DNA of 64,000 nt from Lachnospiraceae bacterium (GTDB lineage: Bacteria > Bacillota > Clostridia > Lachnospirales > Lachnospiraceae), in contig JAZLLU010000018.1 of NCBI GenBank assembly GCA_045598285.1, positions 1,832 to 65,831 of the forward strand, in the 5' to 3' direction. Made by a program: the position numbers and the translations under genes. Of the stretch, positions 1-10,714 are shown one piece after another. How positions within the stretch are numbered: the stretch's first letter is position 1; each line of letters opens with the position of its first letter. A model generated the notes under the pieces. That model saw only the letters and a program-made list of their open reading frames with translations. It made no database searches and was not told the origin of the DNA.

Positions 1-1398
1 ATCCCATTTAAGATATGCGCAGCGAGCTGCGGAAGAGCTGGCGAAAATAAATCGTTCATGGCAGCAGTTATGAATGATGGCCATAGAGCGGCAGGAAGAG
101 GTGGCTCTGGCGCAGTTATGGGCGCAAAAAATCTTAAAGCTATTGTCGCTAGTGGTAATGCGCAAGTAGAAGTTACAAACAAGGACGAAATCCTTGCGAT
201 TAATAAAGAAATTATTGATTGGCAGCAAAACGGCCCGGTTAAGCCAGTGGTCTATGGCTTTTCAAATTGGGGAACAGGCGTTAGCTATGAGTCTGCTGCG
301 ATGGTCGGCGATCTCGGAATTAAAAACTGGCACGGCAGCCACAAAGATATCTCTGAACAAGACCTTGCAAATGCTTCGGCAGGCGAGATGGACAAAACGA
401 TGAAAAAAAAGAAATTCGCATGCAACGCATGCCCTGTAGGTTGTGGAGCTATCTACGAAATTCATGAAAAAGAATTAGACACTGATGACGCCGGTCGCCC
501 AGAGTATGAAACGGCAGGCTCATTCGGTTCCAATCTTTTATGTGGCGATGCGTACACGGTTAATTATTGCAACCACATGTGCAACGAGTATGGCCTTGAC
601 ACAATTTCAGCCGGCGGCACAATCGCATGGGCTATGGATTGCTATGAAGCAGGCCTCTTAAAGAAAGAAGACTTAGATGGAATAGAGTTAACTTGGGGCA
701 ACGCTGAAGCTATCCAAGCGATTATGAAGAAAATGGCTCTTTGCGAAGGCGTCGGGAAAATATTAGTAAACGGCTCAGTCTTTGCGGCAAACTATTTCGG
801 AGTTGGCCAGGAGCAAAGAAATGATGCAGGAGGTATAGAACTTCCGCAACATGACCCGAGGTATATCCCAGGACTAGCTAGAACATATAAATTTGATCCA
901 GCGCCAGGTAGACACGTTAAAGGTGGCGTTGGCCCAACAATAGGCGATAGGGAAGACGAATACAAATATAATCCGGACGCGTTTAAAGATGACGATGTTT
1001 TTGGAACGCAACTTTGCGAGTTCAAGACGATGTGTGGATTTTGTGAATTTTCGGGTTTTGGTTTTAAGCCAGAGATGGTCTTAAATCTCTTTAATATTGC
1101 GACGGGTTTTAAATTTGACGAAAAAGATTTTAAGAAAATGGGGCTTCGCTCGTTCATGCTCCGCCAGGGCTTTAATCTTCGTGAAGGACTTAAAAGAAAA
1201 GACACTTTTATAGCACCTAGATTCTTAGGCGATCCGGATATGGAAGGTCCATTAAAAGACAAAACTTATGACGTCGAAAAGATGGGTGATAACTTCTATG
1301 AAGGAATTGGTTGCAACAAAGAAGGTGTGCCATATAAGGCAACATTAGAAGAAATTGGTGGGCTTGAGTGTTTAATTAATGATACGATTTTTGCATAA
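1..1398 (+). CDS. aldehyde:ferredoxin oxidoreductase family protein (tungstopterin AOR), 5'-truncated by the window edge
   Basis: Frame 1 is open from base 1 (IPFKICAASCGRAGENKSF precedes the first Met), so the gene starts upstream of the window. AOR hallmarks are RAAGRGGSGAVMGAKNLKAI and the CxxCxxxC cluster CNACPVGC. Stop codon at 1396-1398. Confidence 0.85.
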   Translation: MPFKICAASCGRAGENKSFMAAVMNDGHRAAGRGGSGAVMGAKNLKAIVASGNAQVEVTNKDEILAINKEIIDWQQNGPVKPVVYGFSNWGTGVSYESAAMVGDLGIKNWHGSHKDISEQDLANASAGEMDKTMKKKKFACNACPVGCGAIYEIHEKELDTDDAGRPEYETAGSFGSNLLCGDAYTVNYCNHMCNEYGLDTISAGGTIAWAMDCYEAGLLKKEDLDGIELTWGNAEAIQAIMKKMALCEGVGKILVNGSVFAANYFGVGQEQRNDAGGIELPQHDPRYIPGLARTYKFDPAPGRHVKGGVGPTIGDREDEYKYNPDAFKDDDVFGTQLCEFKTMCGFCEFSGFGFKPEMVLNLFNIATGFKFDEKDFKKMGLRSFMLRQGFNLREGLKRKDTFIAPRFLGDPDMEGPLKDKTYDVEKMGDNFYEGIGCNKEGVPYKATLEEIGGLECLINDTIFA

Positions 1399-1440
1399 AA
1401 AATTGTATTAATTTTAGTACAATTTGACATTATTTGTTGT

Positions 1441-1469
1441 TTGTAAATTGCTTGTTATAAATGTATAAT
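1441..1469 (+). promoter_or_regulatory. putative sigma-A promoter for the MFS gene (TTGTAA-17 nt-TATAAT)
   Basis: TTGTAA at 1441-1446, a 17-nt spacer, then TATAAT at 1464-1469, about 50 nt upstream of the ATG at 1519. Motif match only. Confidence 0.3.
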
Positions 1470-1518
1470 ATATGAGTAACATTTTCTAAATATATATTTT
1501 GAAAAGGAGAGGTTTATT

Positions 1519-2988
1519 ATGCAAAAGAAATCTATCAGTTTAGGTGGCAGAGGTACTATCCTTATGCTCTACCAATTCTTCGGATTTGGTGTGTATTGTG
1601 CCATCAACCAGGTAGGCCAAAATGTTTATCCTAACATTCTCTATTTTGGCAAACTTGATCCAAATTCAGTTGCCCTTTGGTATTTCTTAGGATCTGTTTT
1701 GGCAGTTATCATTCAGCTTATCTTTGGTAAGAAGATTGCTAACTCTGGACACCTTAAAGGCACCTCAATTATTTTAATGTCTCTCGCTGGTGCATTTACA
1801 ATCGGCATGGCTTGCTTCGGAAACAATGAAAAATTGTGGCTTGCATGTTGGTTCATAGGTGTTACACTTTCTATCGTTGGTGCAACATTCATCATCTCAA
1901 CAATGGTTGGACAATGGTTCCCAACAAGAAAAGGTACTGTAATGGGTATCGCTACATTAGCATTCCCAATCTTTAACGCATTTGCGCTTACAGTATTCCT
2001 TGGACTTTACACTAACTTTGATTTATTAGGAAAATTAGGTGTACAAGGCGGAACTCCTGTTCATGAGCTCATCGCTTGGGCTCCATTCTTACTCGTTGAC
2101 TTAATCGCAATTCTTCTCTGCGTATTCGTATTAAAAGAATTCCCAGAGCAATGTGGTTGCTATCCAGACAATGATAAGAATATGACTCCAGAAGCAGCTC
2201 ACGCTATGTTAGCAGCTATGGAAGAAGCTAAAAAGAAATCAGTTTGGTCATTTGGCAAAACAGCTAAATCAGGTGGTTTCTGGATTATCGCATTCGTTTG
2301 CGGTATCTTACTTATCGGTTCAGTTGGTCCTATGACACAAATCGTTCCACTTCTTGATTCAGTTGCTGGTAAAACTTACATCGATAACGGTTCACCTACA
2401 CCAACAGGTAATATCGTTCTTTGGGTATTCGCAGCAATTGGTTGTGCAGGTAGCTGGTTAATCGGTATCTTAGATACTAAGGTTGGTACAAAGAAAGCTA
2501 TGACTCTTTCTGTAGTACTTATGATTATCTCTACAGCAGCTCTTACAGTTGTTGCTCTTGCTAACAAAAACTGTGGACTTGTAAAAATGCCTCAACAAGC
2601 AATGATGTGGACTTTCTACGTTGGATTTGGTTGCTTGCAATTGTTCATGGGCGCAGCTTCAAACTTCACAGTTTCAGCCGCAGCTCAGTACTGGAGAAGA
2701 GAAGACTTCCCATCAGTATTCGCATTTGTAAATGCTATTGCTAATATCATCAATGCAGCTGGTCCTTACCTCTTAACATCATTAAGAAAAGCAGCAAAGG
2801 GTACTGTATTTGGTGATACATATGTACTCGCTTGGGCAGCACTTTGTCTCTTAGCTATCATCTCACTTATCCTTATATGCATATTCAAACCAGCAATGGT
2901 TGCAGCTAAGGATGCTAAATACAGAGCTGCAGCGGGTCTTTCAGCTGAAGGTGTTACTAAGTCAGCTGCAGAGCAAATGGGTGAATAA
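1519..2988 (+). CDS. MFS transporter (oxalate/formate-antiporter-like)
   Basis: 489-aa polytopic membrane ORF with many hydrophobic segments and a central charged loop. A GGAGAGG Shine-Dalgarno sits just upstream of the ATG. The family assignment rests on overall MFS architecture. Confidence 0.75.
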   Translation: MQKKSISLGGRGTILMLYQFFGFGVYCAINQVGQNVYPNILYFGKLDPNSVALWYFLGSVLAVIIQLIFGKKIANSGHLKGTSIILMSLAGAFTIGMACFGNNEKLWLACWFIGVTLSIVGATFIISTMVGQWFPTRKGTVMGIATLAFPIFNAFALTVFLGLYTNFDLLGKLGVQGGTPVHELIAWAPFLLVDLIAILLCVFVLKEFPEQCGCYPDNDKNMTPEAAHAMLAAMEEAKKKSVWSFGKTAKSGGFWIIAFVCGILLIGSVGPMTQIVPLLDSVAGKTYIDNGSPTPTGNIVLWVFAAIGCAGSWLIGILDTKVGTKKAMTLSVVLMIISTAALTVVALANKNCGLVKMPQQAMMWTFYVGFGCLQLFMGAASNFTVSAAAQYWRREDFPSVFAFVNAIANIINAAGPYLLTSLRKAAKGTVFGDTYVLAWAALCLLAIISLILICIFKPAMVAAKDAKYRAAAGLSAEGVTKSAAEQMGE

Positions 2989-3021
2989 TTTAAGATTATT
3001 TGACTATTTACTAGCAATTAA

Positions 3022-3049
3022 AGAGCACTCGAAAGAGTGCTCTTTTTTT
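3022..3049 (+). terminator. Rho-independent terminator after the MFS gene
   Basis: Perfect 9-bp stem AGAGCACTC / GAGTGCTCT with a GAAA loop, followed by a T6 run. Confidence 0.65.
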
Positions 3050-3193
3050 ACGGTCATGTCTTGCTGCTCCTATAATTTTCAGGCAAAAATTAACTTCTTT
3101 GTAACATAAATTTTTCTTTAATTAATATGCCTTGTGTGGTAACATATCACGGTAAATTATAGTGGCATAAAATGCGCAAAAAAAGGTAAAGAA

Positions 3194-4090
3194 ATGAGTT
3201 TTATCAAGACTGAGAAAATTTCATATAGCTATCCAGTGCTAGAAGATATTGAAGCGTTTGAAGACGACAAAAAGTCTAAGACTTCCGGAACATGTTCCGA
3301 CGAAGAAACTAAAGAAGTTAGACTTGCGCTAAATAACGTTAGCATCGATATCGACGAAGGCAAATTTATTTGCATACTCGGGAAAAATGGTTCAGGCAAA
3401 TCGACTTTTGCTAAGATGCTTAATGCACTTTTAGTTCCGGATGAAGGATGTGTTTGGATTGATGCGAAGGACACGAAAGCAGAAGACCTTATTTGGGAAA
3501 TTAGAAAAACAGTAGGTATGGTTTTTCAAAATCCAGACAATCAAATCATTGGTTCGGTTGTAGATGAAGAAGTTGCATTCGGCCTTGAAAACTTAGGTGT
3601 TCCTTCACCAGAAATTAAAAGAAGCGTTGATAATGCGCTTAAAGAAGTAAGACTTGTGGGATATGACAAGGTTTCTCCTAATAAACTTTCAGGTGGTCAA
3701 AAGCAACGCCTTGCGGTTGCGGGCGTTTTAGCTATGGAGCCTAAGTGCATTGTGCTTGATGAGTCAACAGCTATGCTGGATCCAAAAGGTAGAAAAGAAG
3801 TTATGGATACAGTAAAGCGTCTCAACAAAGAAAAAAATATCACAATAATTTCAATCACTCACTATATGGAAGAAGCGGTGGACGCAGACTATATTTTTGT
3901 AATGGGTGATGGCGAAGTTAAGATGCAAGGCTCGCCAAAAGAAATTTTTACACGCGAAGAAGAAATTGAAAGCCTAGGTCTTACGCTTCCTCAAATTTGT
4001 CAGCTTGCAAAAGCATTAAGAGAAGAAGGACTAGATATACCACGTGGAATAATAACAAGTAAGGAACTAAAAGAAGCAATTGAACATTAA
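3194..4090 (+). CDS. ecfA1: energy-coupling factor transporter ATPase EcfA1
   Basis: Walker A GKNGSGKST, ABC signature LSGGQKQR, Walker B IVLDEST. It is the first of two tandem ATPases followed by EcfT, the canonical order. Confidence 0.9.
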   Translation: MSFIKTEKISYSYPVLEDIEAFEDDKKSKTSGTCSDEETKEVRLALNNVSIDIDEGKFICILGKNGSGKSTFAKMLNALLVPDEGCVWIDAKDTKAEDLIWEIRKTVGMVFQNPDNQIIGSVVDEEVAFGLENLGVPSPEIKRSVDNALKEVRLVGYDKVSPNKLSGGQKQRLAVAGVLAMEPKCIVLDESTAMLDPKGRKEVMDTVKRLNKEKNITIISITHYMEEAVDADYIFVMGDGEVKMQGSPKEIFTREEEIESLGLTLPQICQLAKALREEGLDIPRGIITSKELKEAIEH

Positions 4091-4931
4091 ATTAGAAAAT
4101 GTAAATTACATATATAATCCAGAAACAGTCGAGGCAGTGCCAGCTGTTACAGACGTGAGTCTTGAATTTATGGAAGGCAGCTTTAACGCAATTATTGGTA
4201 GCACAGGCTCTGGCAAGTCGACACTTATTCAGCTTTTAAACGGACTTCTTAAACCATCAAGTGGAAGAATCCTCTATGATGGAAAAGAAATTTTCACTTC
4301 CGAAAAAGATACAAAAGAAACAAAAAAAGCCCTTAGAGATTTAAGATGCAAAGTTGGAATTGTTTTCCAATATCCGGAATACCAACTTTTTGAAGAGACG
4401 TTGCTTAAAGATGTAATGTTTGGTCCAAAAAATAAAGGGCTATCAAACGATGAGGCGAAAGCGGCAGCTATCAAAGCGCTCGCTGATGTAAAAATTCCTG
4501 AGAGCAAATTTGAAAAGAGTCCATTCGATCTTTCTGGCGGTGAAAAAAAGAGAGTAGCTATTGCAGGAATTTTAGCAATGGAACCAGAAGTATTAATCTT
4601 GGACGAACCTACAGCAGGCCTGGACCCTCTTGGAAAAAAAGAAATTTTAGATTTGGTGAAAGAGTACCAGGAAAAAAATAATGTAACAGTTATTATTGTT
4701 TCACATAGCATGGAAGAGGTTGCTCTTTATGCGAAGAGAGTTGTCGCTATGAAACGTGGCAGAATTTTGCTTGATGGAACGACCAAAGAAATTTTTAGAC
4801 ACGAAGAAGAATTAGAAAAAATTGGACTTTCCATTCCGGAAGTTGCTAAGTTTGCAAAAGAACTAGGAATAGAAGATGCTAACACAGTCGAAGACGCTGC
4901 TAAAAAAATCGCAGCTAAGTATAAAAGATAA
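4080..4931 (+). CDS. ecfA2: energy-coupling factor transporter ATPase EcfA2
   Basis: TTG start overlaps the ecfA1 stop by 11 nt. Walker A GSTGSGKST, signature LSGGEKKR, Walker B LILDEPT. Confidence 0.9.
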   Translation: MNIKLENVNYIYNPETVEAVPAVTDVSLEFMEGSFNAIIGSTGSGKSTLIQLLNGLLKPSSGRILYDGKEIFTSEKDTKETKKALRDLRCKVGIVFQYPEYQLFEETLLKDVMFGPKNKGLSNDEAKAAAIKALADVKIPESKFEKSPFDLSGGEKKRVAIAGILAMEPEVLILDEPTAGLDPLGKKEILDLVKEYQEKNNVTVIIVSHSMEEVALYAKRVVAMKRGRILLDGTTKEIFRHEEELEKIGLSIPEVAKFAKELGIEDANTVEDAAKKIAAKYKR

Positions 4932-4969
4932 GCGAGTAATTGCATAAAAAAATGCGGGACATGTAAAGA

Positions 4970-5797
4970 ATGTTTAGAGACATAACAATAGGCCAGTACT
5001 ATCCAATTGAATCAAGACTACAAAAGCTTGACCCAAGAGTAAAACTCTTAGGGGTTGTTATTTACATTGCCGCATTATTTATTATTAATAATATTTTAGG
5101 ATTTATTTTTCTTACTGGTGTGCTTGTGGCTCTTATCGCACTTAGCGAAGTTCCGCTTAAACATATTTTGAAAGGATTAAGGTTCGTTTGGTTCTTAGTA
5201 GCACTTGCAATATTCTTCAATTTGTTTTTCAGCACTGGAGATATTATTTGGAAGTGGTGGATTTTTTCTATGAGCAAAGAAGGAATTCTTCGTGCAGTTT
5301 TCTTCGCGCTTAGACTTATTTATGTAATTATTGGAACCGCACTTCTTACTTATTCAACGCTTCCGACAACAATTACGGCAGGCCTAGAAAAAGTTTTTAA
5401 GCCACTAAAGGTTATTAAATTTCCGGGGCATGAAATTGCAATGATGATGAGCATCGCGCTTAGATTCATTCCAATTTTAGCAGAAGAAATAAATAAGATA
5501 ATAAATGCGCAACTCGCGCGTGGTGCAGATTTTGAAACGGGCGGACTCATTAAAAAAGCAAAGGGCATGGTGCCTATTTTGGTCCCACTTTTTGTTAGTG
5601 CGTTTAGGCGCGCAACTGACTTAGCGCTTGCTATGGAGGCAAAGTGTTACTCAGGTGGTGAAGGAAGAACAAAACTTTATCCATTACAATATAAAAACAG
5701 AGACAAGATAGCCTATATAGTGCTTCTTATCTTCTTGCTTGTAACAATCGCAGTAAGAGTTTTGATGGATACGTTTATAACATGGGGACGCATTTAA
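4970..5797 (+). CDS. ecfT: energy-coupling factor transporter transmembrane component EcfT
   Basis: 275-aa polytopic membrane protein directly after the two Ecf ATPases. Coupling-helix region reads SIALRFIPIL ... AQLARGADF. Confidence 0.88.
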   Translation: MFRDITIGQYYPIESRLQKLDPRVKLLGVVIYIAALFIINNILGFIFLTGVLVALIALSEVPLKHILKGLRFVWFLVALAIFFNLFFSTGDIIWKWWIFSMSKEGILRAVFFALRLIYVIIGTALLTYSTLPTTITAGLEKVFKPLKVIKFPGHEIAMMMSIALRFIPILAEEINKIINAQLARGADFETGGLIKKAKGMVPILVPLFVSAFRRATDLALAMEAKCYSGGEGRTKLYPLQYKNRDKIAYIVLLIFLLVTIAVRVLMDTFITWGRI

Positions 5798-6567
5798 TGA
5801 AGCGAATTGAAATTATTGTAAGTTATGATGGAACGAATTACGTTGGATGGCAGGTGCAAAAAAACGGCATCGCTATTGAGCAAGTAATTAACGAGCACCT
5901 AAGACGCCTTTTGAGCGAGGACATAACTATAATTGGCGCGAGCCGCACAGATTCAGGCGTTCATGCTTTGGGCAACGTTGCCGTTTTCGATACAAATACG
6001 CAAATTCCACCAGAGAAAATTTGCTATGCATTAAACCAAAGTTTGCCATCAGACATAAAAATCGTTTCATCAAAAGAGGTGGCAAGCGATTTTCACCCAA
6101 GACATTGTGACTGCATAAAAACATACGAGTATACAATTCTAAACAGTAAGGTAAACTTGCCGACATATGAAAGGTATACAGATTATGTTTATTATAAACT
6201 TAATGTTGCAAAGATGAAAAAAGGCGCCAAGTATTTAGTAGGCGAGCATGATTTTAAGGCGTTTAGTAGCGCGGGTGGGCAGCAGCGCTCGACAATTCGC
6301 GAAATTTATTCAATTGATATTTATAGTGAGCCGATTATCGACGTTGAAAACGATGACTTTGCTCCAAGTTTGATAAAGATAAGAATCTCCGGAAACGGAT
6401 TTTTATATAACATGGTACGCATAATTGCAGGCACTTTGGAAAAGGTTGGCATGGGTGTATATGAGCCGGAACATGTAAAGGAAATCCTTGAAAGCCTAGA
6501 CAGAAGAGCTTCTGCTCCCAAGGCATCCGCAGCTGGCTTAAGCCTTATAAATATTGATTATTCATAG
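5797..6567 (+). CDS. truA: tRNA pseudouridine(38-40) synthase TruA
   Basis: The ATG at 5797 overlaps the ecfT stop (TAATG). It is preferred over the upstream in-frame ATG at 5782. Motifs: SYDGTNYVGWQVQ and SRTDSGVHALGNV, which carries the catalytic Asp. Confidence 0.9.
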   Translation: MKRIEIIVSYDGTNYVGWQVQKNGIAIEQVINEHLRRLLSEDITIIGASRTDSGVHALGNVAVFDTNTQIPPEKICYALNQSLPSDIKIVSSKEVASDFHPRHCDCIKTYEYTILNSKVNLPTYERYTDYVYYKLNVAKMKKGAKYLVGEHDFKAFSSAGGQQRSTIREIYSIDIYSEPIIDVENDDFAPSLIKIRISGNGFLYNMVRIIAGTLEKVGMGVYEPEHVKEILESLDRRASAPKASAAGLSLINIDYS

Positions 6568-6619
6568 CATTTATGGTACAATTTGCAATTACGTGAGACC
6601 TTGAAGGAGGATTTGAAAA

Positions 6620-7975
6620 ATGAATGTACAAGTAGAAAAAATGGAAGGCAATTTAGCTAAAATCACAGTTACTCTCGATGCCAAAAAGACTGAAGAAGGT
6701 ATCGAAAAAGCCTACCAAAAAATTAAAAACCAAGTATCTTTACCAGGATTCAGAAAAGGTAAAGTTCCTAAGGTTATGATTGAGAAGCAGTACGGCGTTG
6801 AAGTATTTTATGAGGACGCTGCTGATTTTCTTATGAATGAGTCTTATCCAGAAGCTTATGATGAGGCAAAGAAGGAAATTGAGGTTGTTTCTCAACCTAA
6901 GATTACTGATGTAAAAATCGAAAAAGGTCAGCCTTTTGTTTATGTTGCTGAAGTTGCAACAAAACCAGAAGTTAAGCTTGGAAATTACAAGGGCGTTGAG
7001 TATACAAAGGCCAAAATCGTTGTAACAGACGAAGAAGTTAATGCTGAAGTTGAAAGAACTAGAGAACTTAATAGTCGCCAGGTTCCTGTTGAGGATCGTC
7101 CTGCTAAGGAAGGCGATATTGTTGATATTGATTTTGATGGCAGCGTTGATGGCACACCTTTTGATGGTGGAAAAGCTACAGGATACACTTTAGTACTTGG
7201 TTCACATTCATTTATAGATACATTCGAAGAACAAATTGCTGGACATAATGTTGGCGATGAGTTTGACGTAAACGTTACTTTCCCAGAAGACTACCAGGCA
7301 GCAGACCTTTCTGGCAAGGCAGCAGTTTTCAAATGCAAACTTAATGGCATCAAATTTAAAGAACTTCCAGAATTAGACGATGAGTTCGCTTCAGAAGTTT
7401 CTGACTTTGAGACATTAGAAGAATATAAAGCTGATCTTAAGAAGAACATGGAAGCTAATAAAGAAGAAAGCGCAAAAGCTGATGCACAAAAAGAAATTCT
7501 TAAGAAAGTTGTTGAAGATTCTGAAATGGAAATTCCTGAGCTTATGCTTGATGCACAGGCTAACCAAGCAGCTCAAGACTTCGCAATGAGAATGCAAAGC
7601 CAAGGAATTGCTATTGAGCAATATCTCCAACTAGTTGGCCAAACACCTGAGACATTTATGCAAGAAATTCGTCCACATGCTTTGCAACAAACTAAAGAAA
7701 GATTAGTTCTTGAAGCTATCGCAGAAGCTGAAAACATTCAGCCTACAGATGAAGACATTGAGACAGAACTTAAGAAGATGGCTGATATGTACGGCATTGA
7801 AGTTGAAAAAGCTAAAGAGATTATGGGCGATGAAGAAAAAGATCAGATGAAGAAAGATCTCGCTACAGCTAAGGCAGCTGACTTCCTTTACGAAAATGGT
7901 AAAGCAGTAAAAAAAATAGAAGAACCTAAGAAGGAAGAAAAGAAAGAAGAGCCTAAGGCCGAAGAAAAAGCTTAA
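6620..7975 (+). CDS. tig: trigger factor
   Basis: Ribosome-binding motif GFRKGKVP, a central FKBP-like region and an acidic/lysine-rich tail. GAAGGAGG Shine-Dalgarno upstream. Conserved tig-clpP-clpX order. Confidence 0.95.
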   Translation: MNVQVEKMEGNLAKITVTLDAKKTEEGIEKAYQKIKNQVSLPGFRKGKVPKVMIEKQYGVEVFYEDAADFLMNESYPEAYDEAKKEIEVVSQPKITDVKIEKGQPFVYVAEVATKPEVKLGNYKGVEYTKAKIVVTDEEVNAEVERTRELNSRQVPVEDRPAKEGDIVDIDFDGSVDGTPFDGGKATGYTLVLGSHSFIDTFEEQIAGHNVGDEFDVNVTFPEDYQAADLSGKAAVFKCKLNGIKFKELPELDDEFASEVSDFETLEEYKADLKKNMEANKEESAKADAQKEILKKVVEDSEMEIPELMLDAQANQAAQDFAMRMQSQGIAIEQYLQLVGQTPETFMQEIRPHALQQTKERLVLEAIAEAENIQPTDEDIETELKKMADMYGIEVEKAKEIMGDEEKDQMKKDLATAKAADFLYENGKAVKKIEEPKKEEKKEEPKAEEKA

Positions 7976-7986
7976 ATAAAAAAGTC

Positions 7987-8014
7987 AGGGGCCAAAAATG
8001 GCCCCTTTGATTTC
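7987..8014 (+). terminator. Rho-independent terminator after tig
   Basis: Stem AGGGGCC / GGCCCCT with loop AAAAAT, followed by a T-rich tail. Confidence 0.55.
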
Positions 8015-8075
8015 TTATAATGTTTTTATCTGATAATAAAAAAGGGATTACAAAACATTTTATTAGGAGGTTATT

Positions 8076-8666
8076 ATGAGTTTAGTACCAACAGTTATTG
8101 AAGACACTAGTAGAGGCGAGCGTGCCTATGACATTTATTCAAGATTATTAAAAGAAAGAATCGTTTTTCTCGGAGAAGAAGTTAACGATGTTACAGCGAG
8201 CCTCGTTGTTGCTCAGATGCTTTTCCTTGAGAGCGAAGATCCTAACAAGGACATTCATTTTTATATCAACAGCCCTGGCGGCAGCGTAACAGCTGGCATG
8301 GCAATCTATGACACAATGCAATATGTAAAGTGTGATGTTAGCACTACATGTATCGGCATGGCAGCTAGTATGGGCGCTTTCTTACTCGCAGGTGGCGCTA
8401 AGGGAAAAAGATTTGCTCTTCCTAACGCAGAAGTTATGATTCACCAACCATCAGGAGGAACTCAAGGTCAGGCTTCAGATATCAAAATCACAGCTGACCA
8501 TATTTTAAGAACTCGCGATAAGTTAAATAAACTTTTAGCTGAAAACACAGGCAAATCTTTAGAGACTATCGAAGCTGATACAGAGCGTGACAATTGGCTT
8601 GGCGCTGAGGAGGCATGCGAGTATGGCTTGATTGATGCAGTTATTAAAAATCACGACGAAAAATAA
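8076..8666 (+). CDS. clpP: ATP-dependent Clp protease proteolytic subunit
   Basis: Active-site contexts GMAASMGAF (Ser) and VMIHQPSGG (His). 196 aa with an AGGAGG Shine-Dalgarno. Confidence 0.97.
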   Translation: MSLVPTVIEDTSRGERAYDIYSRLLKERIVFLGEEVNDVTASLVVAQMLFLESEDPNKDIHFYINSPGGSVTAGMAIYDTMQYVKCDVSTTCIGMAASMGAFLLAGGAKGKRFALPNAEVMIHQPSGGTQGQASDIKITADHILRTRDKLNKLLAENTGKSLETIEADTERDNWLGAEEACEYGLIDAVIKNHDEK

Positions 8667-8735
8667 TAGTTAAATTTTAAGGCAAGACTAAAATTATAAA
8701 GTGGCGAAACATGTCACGAAAAAAATGGAGTTTTA

Positions 8736-9986
8736 ATGGCAAATAAAAATAGTATTGATGAAATACCAAAATGTTCTTTTTGTGGACGCAGAGCAGATAT
8801 TCTAGGCGAGCAATTGATTGCTGGTCCTAATGGCGTTTATATTTGTTCTGAGTGTGCTTTTTCATGCGCCGAACTTTTTCAAATGGAACTAGGAATTAAT
8901 CCAACAGTAAAAAAAGCTTCTAAAGCTAAAGAAAACAAAAATAAGTTGGACATCAAGCTTCATAAACCAAAAGAGATTAAGGCTTTCTTAGATGAATATG
9001 TTATCGGCCAGGACGAAGCTAAAAAAGTTTTAGCAGTTCAGGTTTATAATCATTACAAGAGAGTTTTATCTGATGAAAAAGTTGACGTTGAGCTTCAAAA
9101 AAGTAACGTTTTAATGCTTGGGCCTACTGGTTCAGGAAAAACTTTCTTGGCGCAAACTTTGGCAAAAATTATAAACGTTCCTATCGCTATTGCTGATGCC
9201 ACAACTTTAACTGAGGCGGGATATGTAGGAGAGGATGTTGAAAACATTTTGCTTAAACTTATCCAGGCGGCTGACTACGATATTGAAAAGGCTGAGCACG
9301 GGATTGTTTATATAGACGAGATCGATAAGATTACAAAGAAGAGCGAGAACGTTTCGATTACTCGTGACGTTTCTGGCGAGGGCGTGCAGCAAGCACTTCT
9401 TAAAATTTTAGAGGGCACGGATGCATCAGTTCCTCCTCAAGGCGGAAGAAAACATCCGGGTCAGGAGATGCTCCATATCAACACTTCAAATATTTTGTTT
9501 ATTTGCGGTGGCGCTTTTGCTGGGCTTGAGAAAATTATAGAGACTCGTATTGATAAGAAAAGCATGGGCTTCGGCGCAGAAATTAAATCTGACGATGCAA
9601 AGGAAATCGACAACTTGTTTGCTCAGGTTATGCCTCAGGATTTAATTAAATACGGAATCATTCCTGAGTTTGTAGGCCGCGTGCCAGTTGTTGTTTCGCT
9701 TAATTCTTTGACAGAAGAAGATTTAATCAAGATCTTGAAGGAGCCGAAGAATGCGTTAATTAAACAGTACCAAGCTTTGTTTAAGTTTGATAATGTTGAT
9801 TTAACTTTTAGAGCAGACGCAATAAAGCTGATTGCGAAGAAGGCATCAGAGCGCAAGATAGGCGCACGTGGTCTTCGCAGCATTATGGAAGATATAATGA
9901 TGGATATCATGTACGAGATACCATCAGATGAAGAAATAAAGAAGTTTGTCGTAACAGCAGATATGGTAAATGAAAAGATAGCATAG
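8736..9986 (+). CDS. clpX: ATP-dependent Clp protease ATP-binding subunit ClpX
   Basis: N-terminal C4 zinc module (CSFCGR ... CSEC), Walker A GPTGSGKT, pore loop GYVG, Walker [10 protein letters not shown]. Confidence 0.97.
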   Translation: MANKNSIDEIPKCSFCGRRADILGEQLIAGPNGVYICSECAFSCAELFQMELGINPTVKKASKAKENKNKLDIKLHKPKEIKAFLDEYVIGQDEAKKVLAVQVYNHYKRVLSDEKVDVELQKSNVLMLGPTGSGKTFLAQTLAKIINVPIAIADATTLTEAGYVGEDVENILLKLIQAADYDIEKAEHGIVYIDEIDKITKKSENVSITRDVSGEGVQQALLKILEGTDASVPPQGGRKHPGQEMLHINTSNILFICGGAFAGLEKIIETRIDKKSMGFGAEIKSDDAKEIDNLFAQVMPQDLIKYGIIPEFVGRVPVVVSLNSLTEEDLIKILKEPKNALIKQYQALFKFDNVDLTFRADAIKLIAKKASERKIGARGLRSIMEDIMMDIMYEIPSDEEIKKFVVTADMVNEKIA

Positions 9987-10008
9987 GCGAGCTATAAGAG
10001 GTAGAATT

Positions 10009-10638
10009 ATGAAACTAATAATATTGGGTGGATTTTTAGGATCAGGAAAAACAAGTGTACTTATTCCATTAGCAAAGGAAATAGTTGCTAATACTGAACT
10101 TAAAGAAAACAGCAAAGCAAAGGTTGTAATTATTGAAAACGAAATCGGCCAAGTTGGTGTCGATACAGCTTTCACAGAGGGCAGCGGTCTTCTTACAACT
10201 GAACTTTTTAATGGATGTGTTTGCTGCACAATCGCAACAAGCCTTATGGATGCGCTTTGCCAATTAGAAGAAGAAATCAAGCCGGAGTATGTAATCTTAG
10301 AGACTACTGGTCTTGCTCGTCCTTATGACGTTGCCCAAACTCTTTGGGATGCATACGACGAAGACATGAACATCACACTTATCACAGTTGTTGATTGCAA
10401 ACGTTGGCCAAAGATTCAAAAGATTGCCGGCACATTAACAGTAGAGCAAATTGAACATGCTAACTATGTTTTGATAAATAAGATTGATACTGCGACAGAA
10501 GAAGAAATTGCCGAAGTTGAGGCAAGCGTGAAAGCGCAGTGCGAAGGTAAAATCTATAAGACTTCTAAGAAGTCTGATGAAGAAGGCTTAGATAAACTTT
10601 GCAAAGAAATTGTTAGCGAGATTGAGAGCTGGGAGTAA
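10009..10638 (+). CDS. CobW-like (COG0523) G3E-family metallochaperone GTPase, GTPase domain only
   Basis: Walker A GGFLGSGKTS, the CxCC metal motif GCVCCT, and ETTGLA. At 209 aa there is no CobW_C-type C-terminal domain in this ORF. Confidence 0.75.
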   Translation: MKLIILGGFLGSGKTSVLIPLAKEIVANTELKENSKAKVVIIENEIGQVGVDTAFTEGSGLLTTELFNGCVCCTIATSLMDALCQLEEEIKPEYVILETTGLARPYDVAQTLWDAYDEDMNITLITVVDCKRWPKIQKIAGTLTVEQIEHANYVLINKIDTATEEEIAEVEASVKAQCEGKIYKTSKKSDEEGLDKLCKEIVSEIESWE

Positions 10639-10714
10639 ACCGTGGGGTTACCCGATTTGAAGATTAGTTAAAAGTTGAAAACTGAAGATTCAGTTGAGAT
10701 AAAGAGGTAAGAAA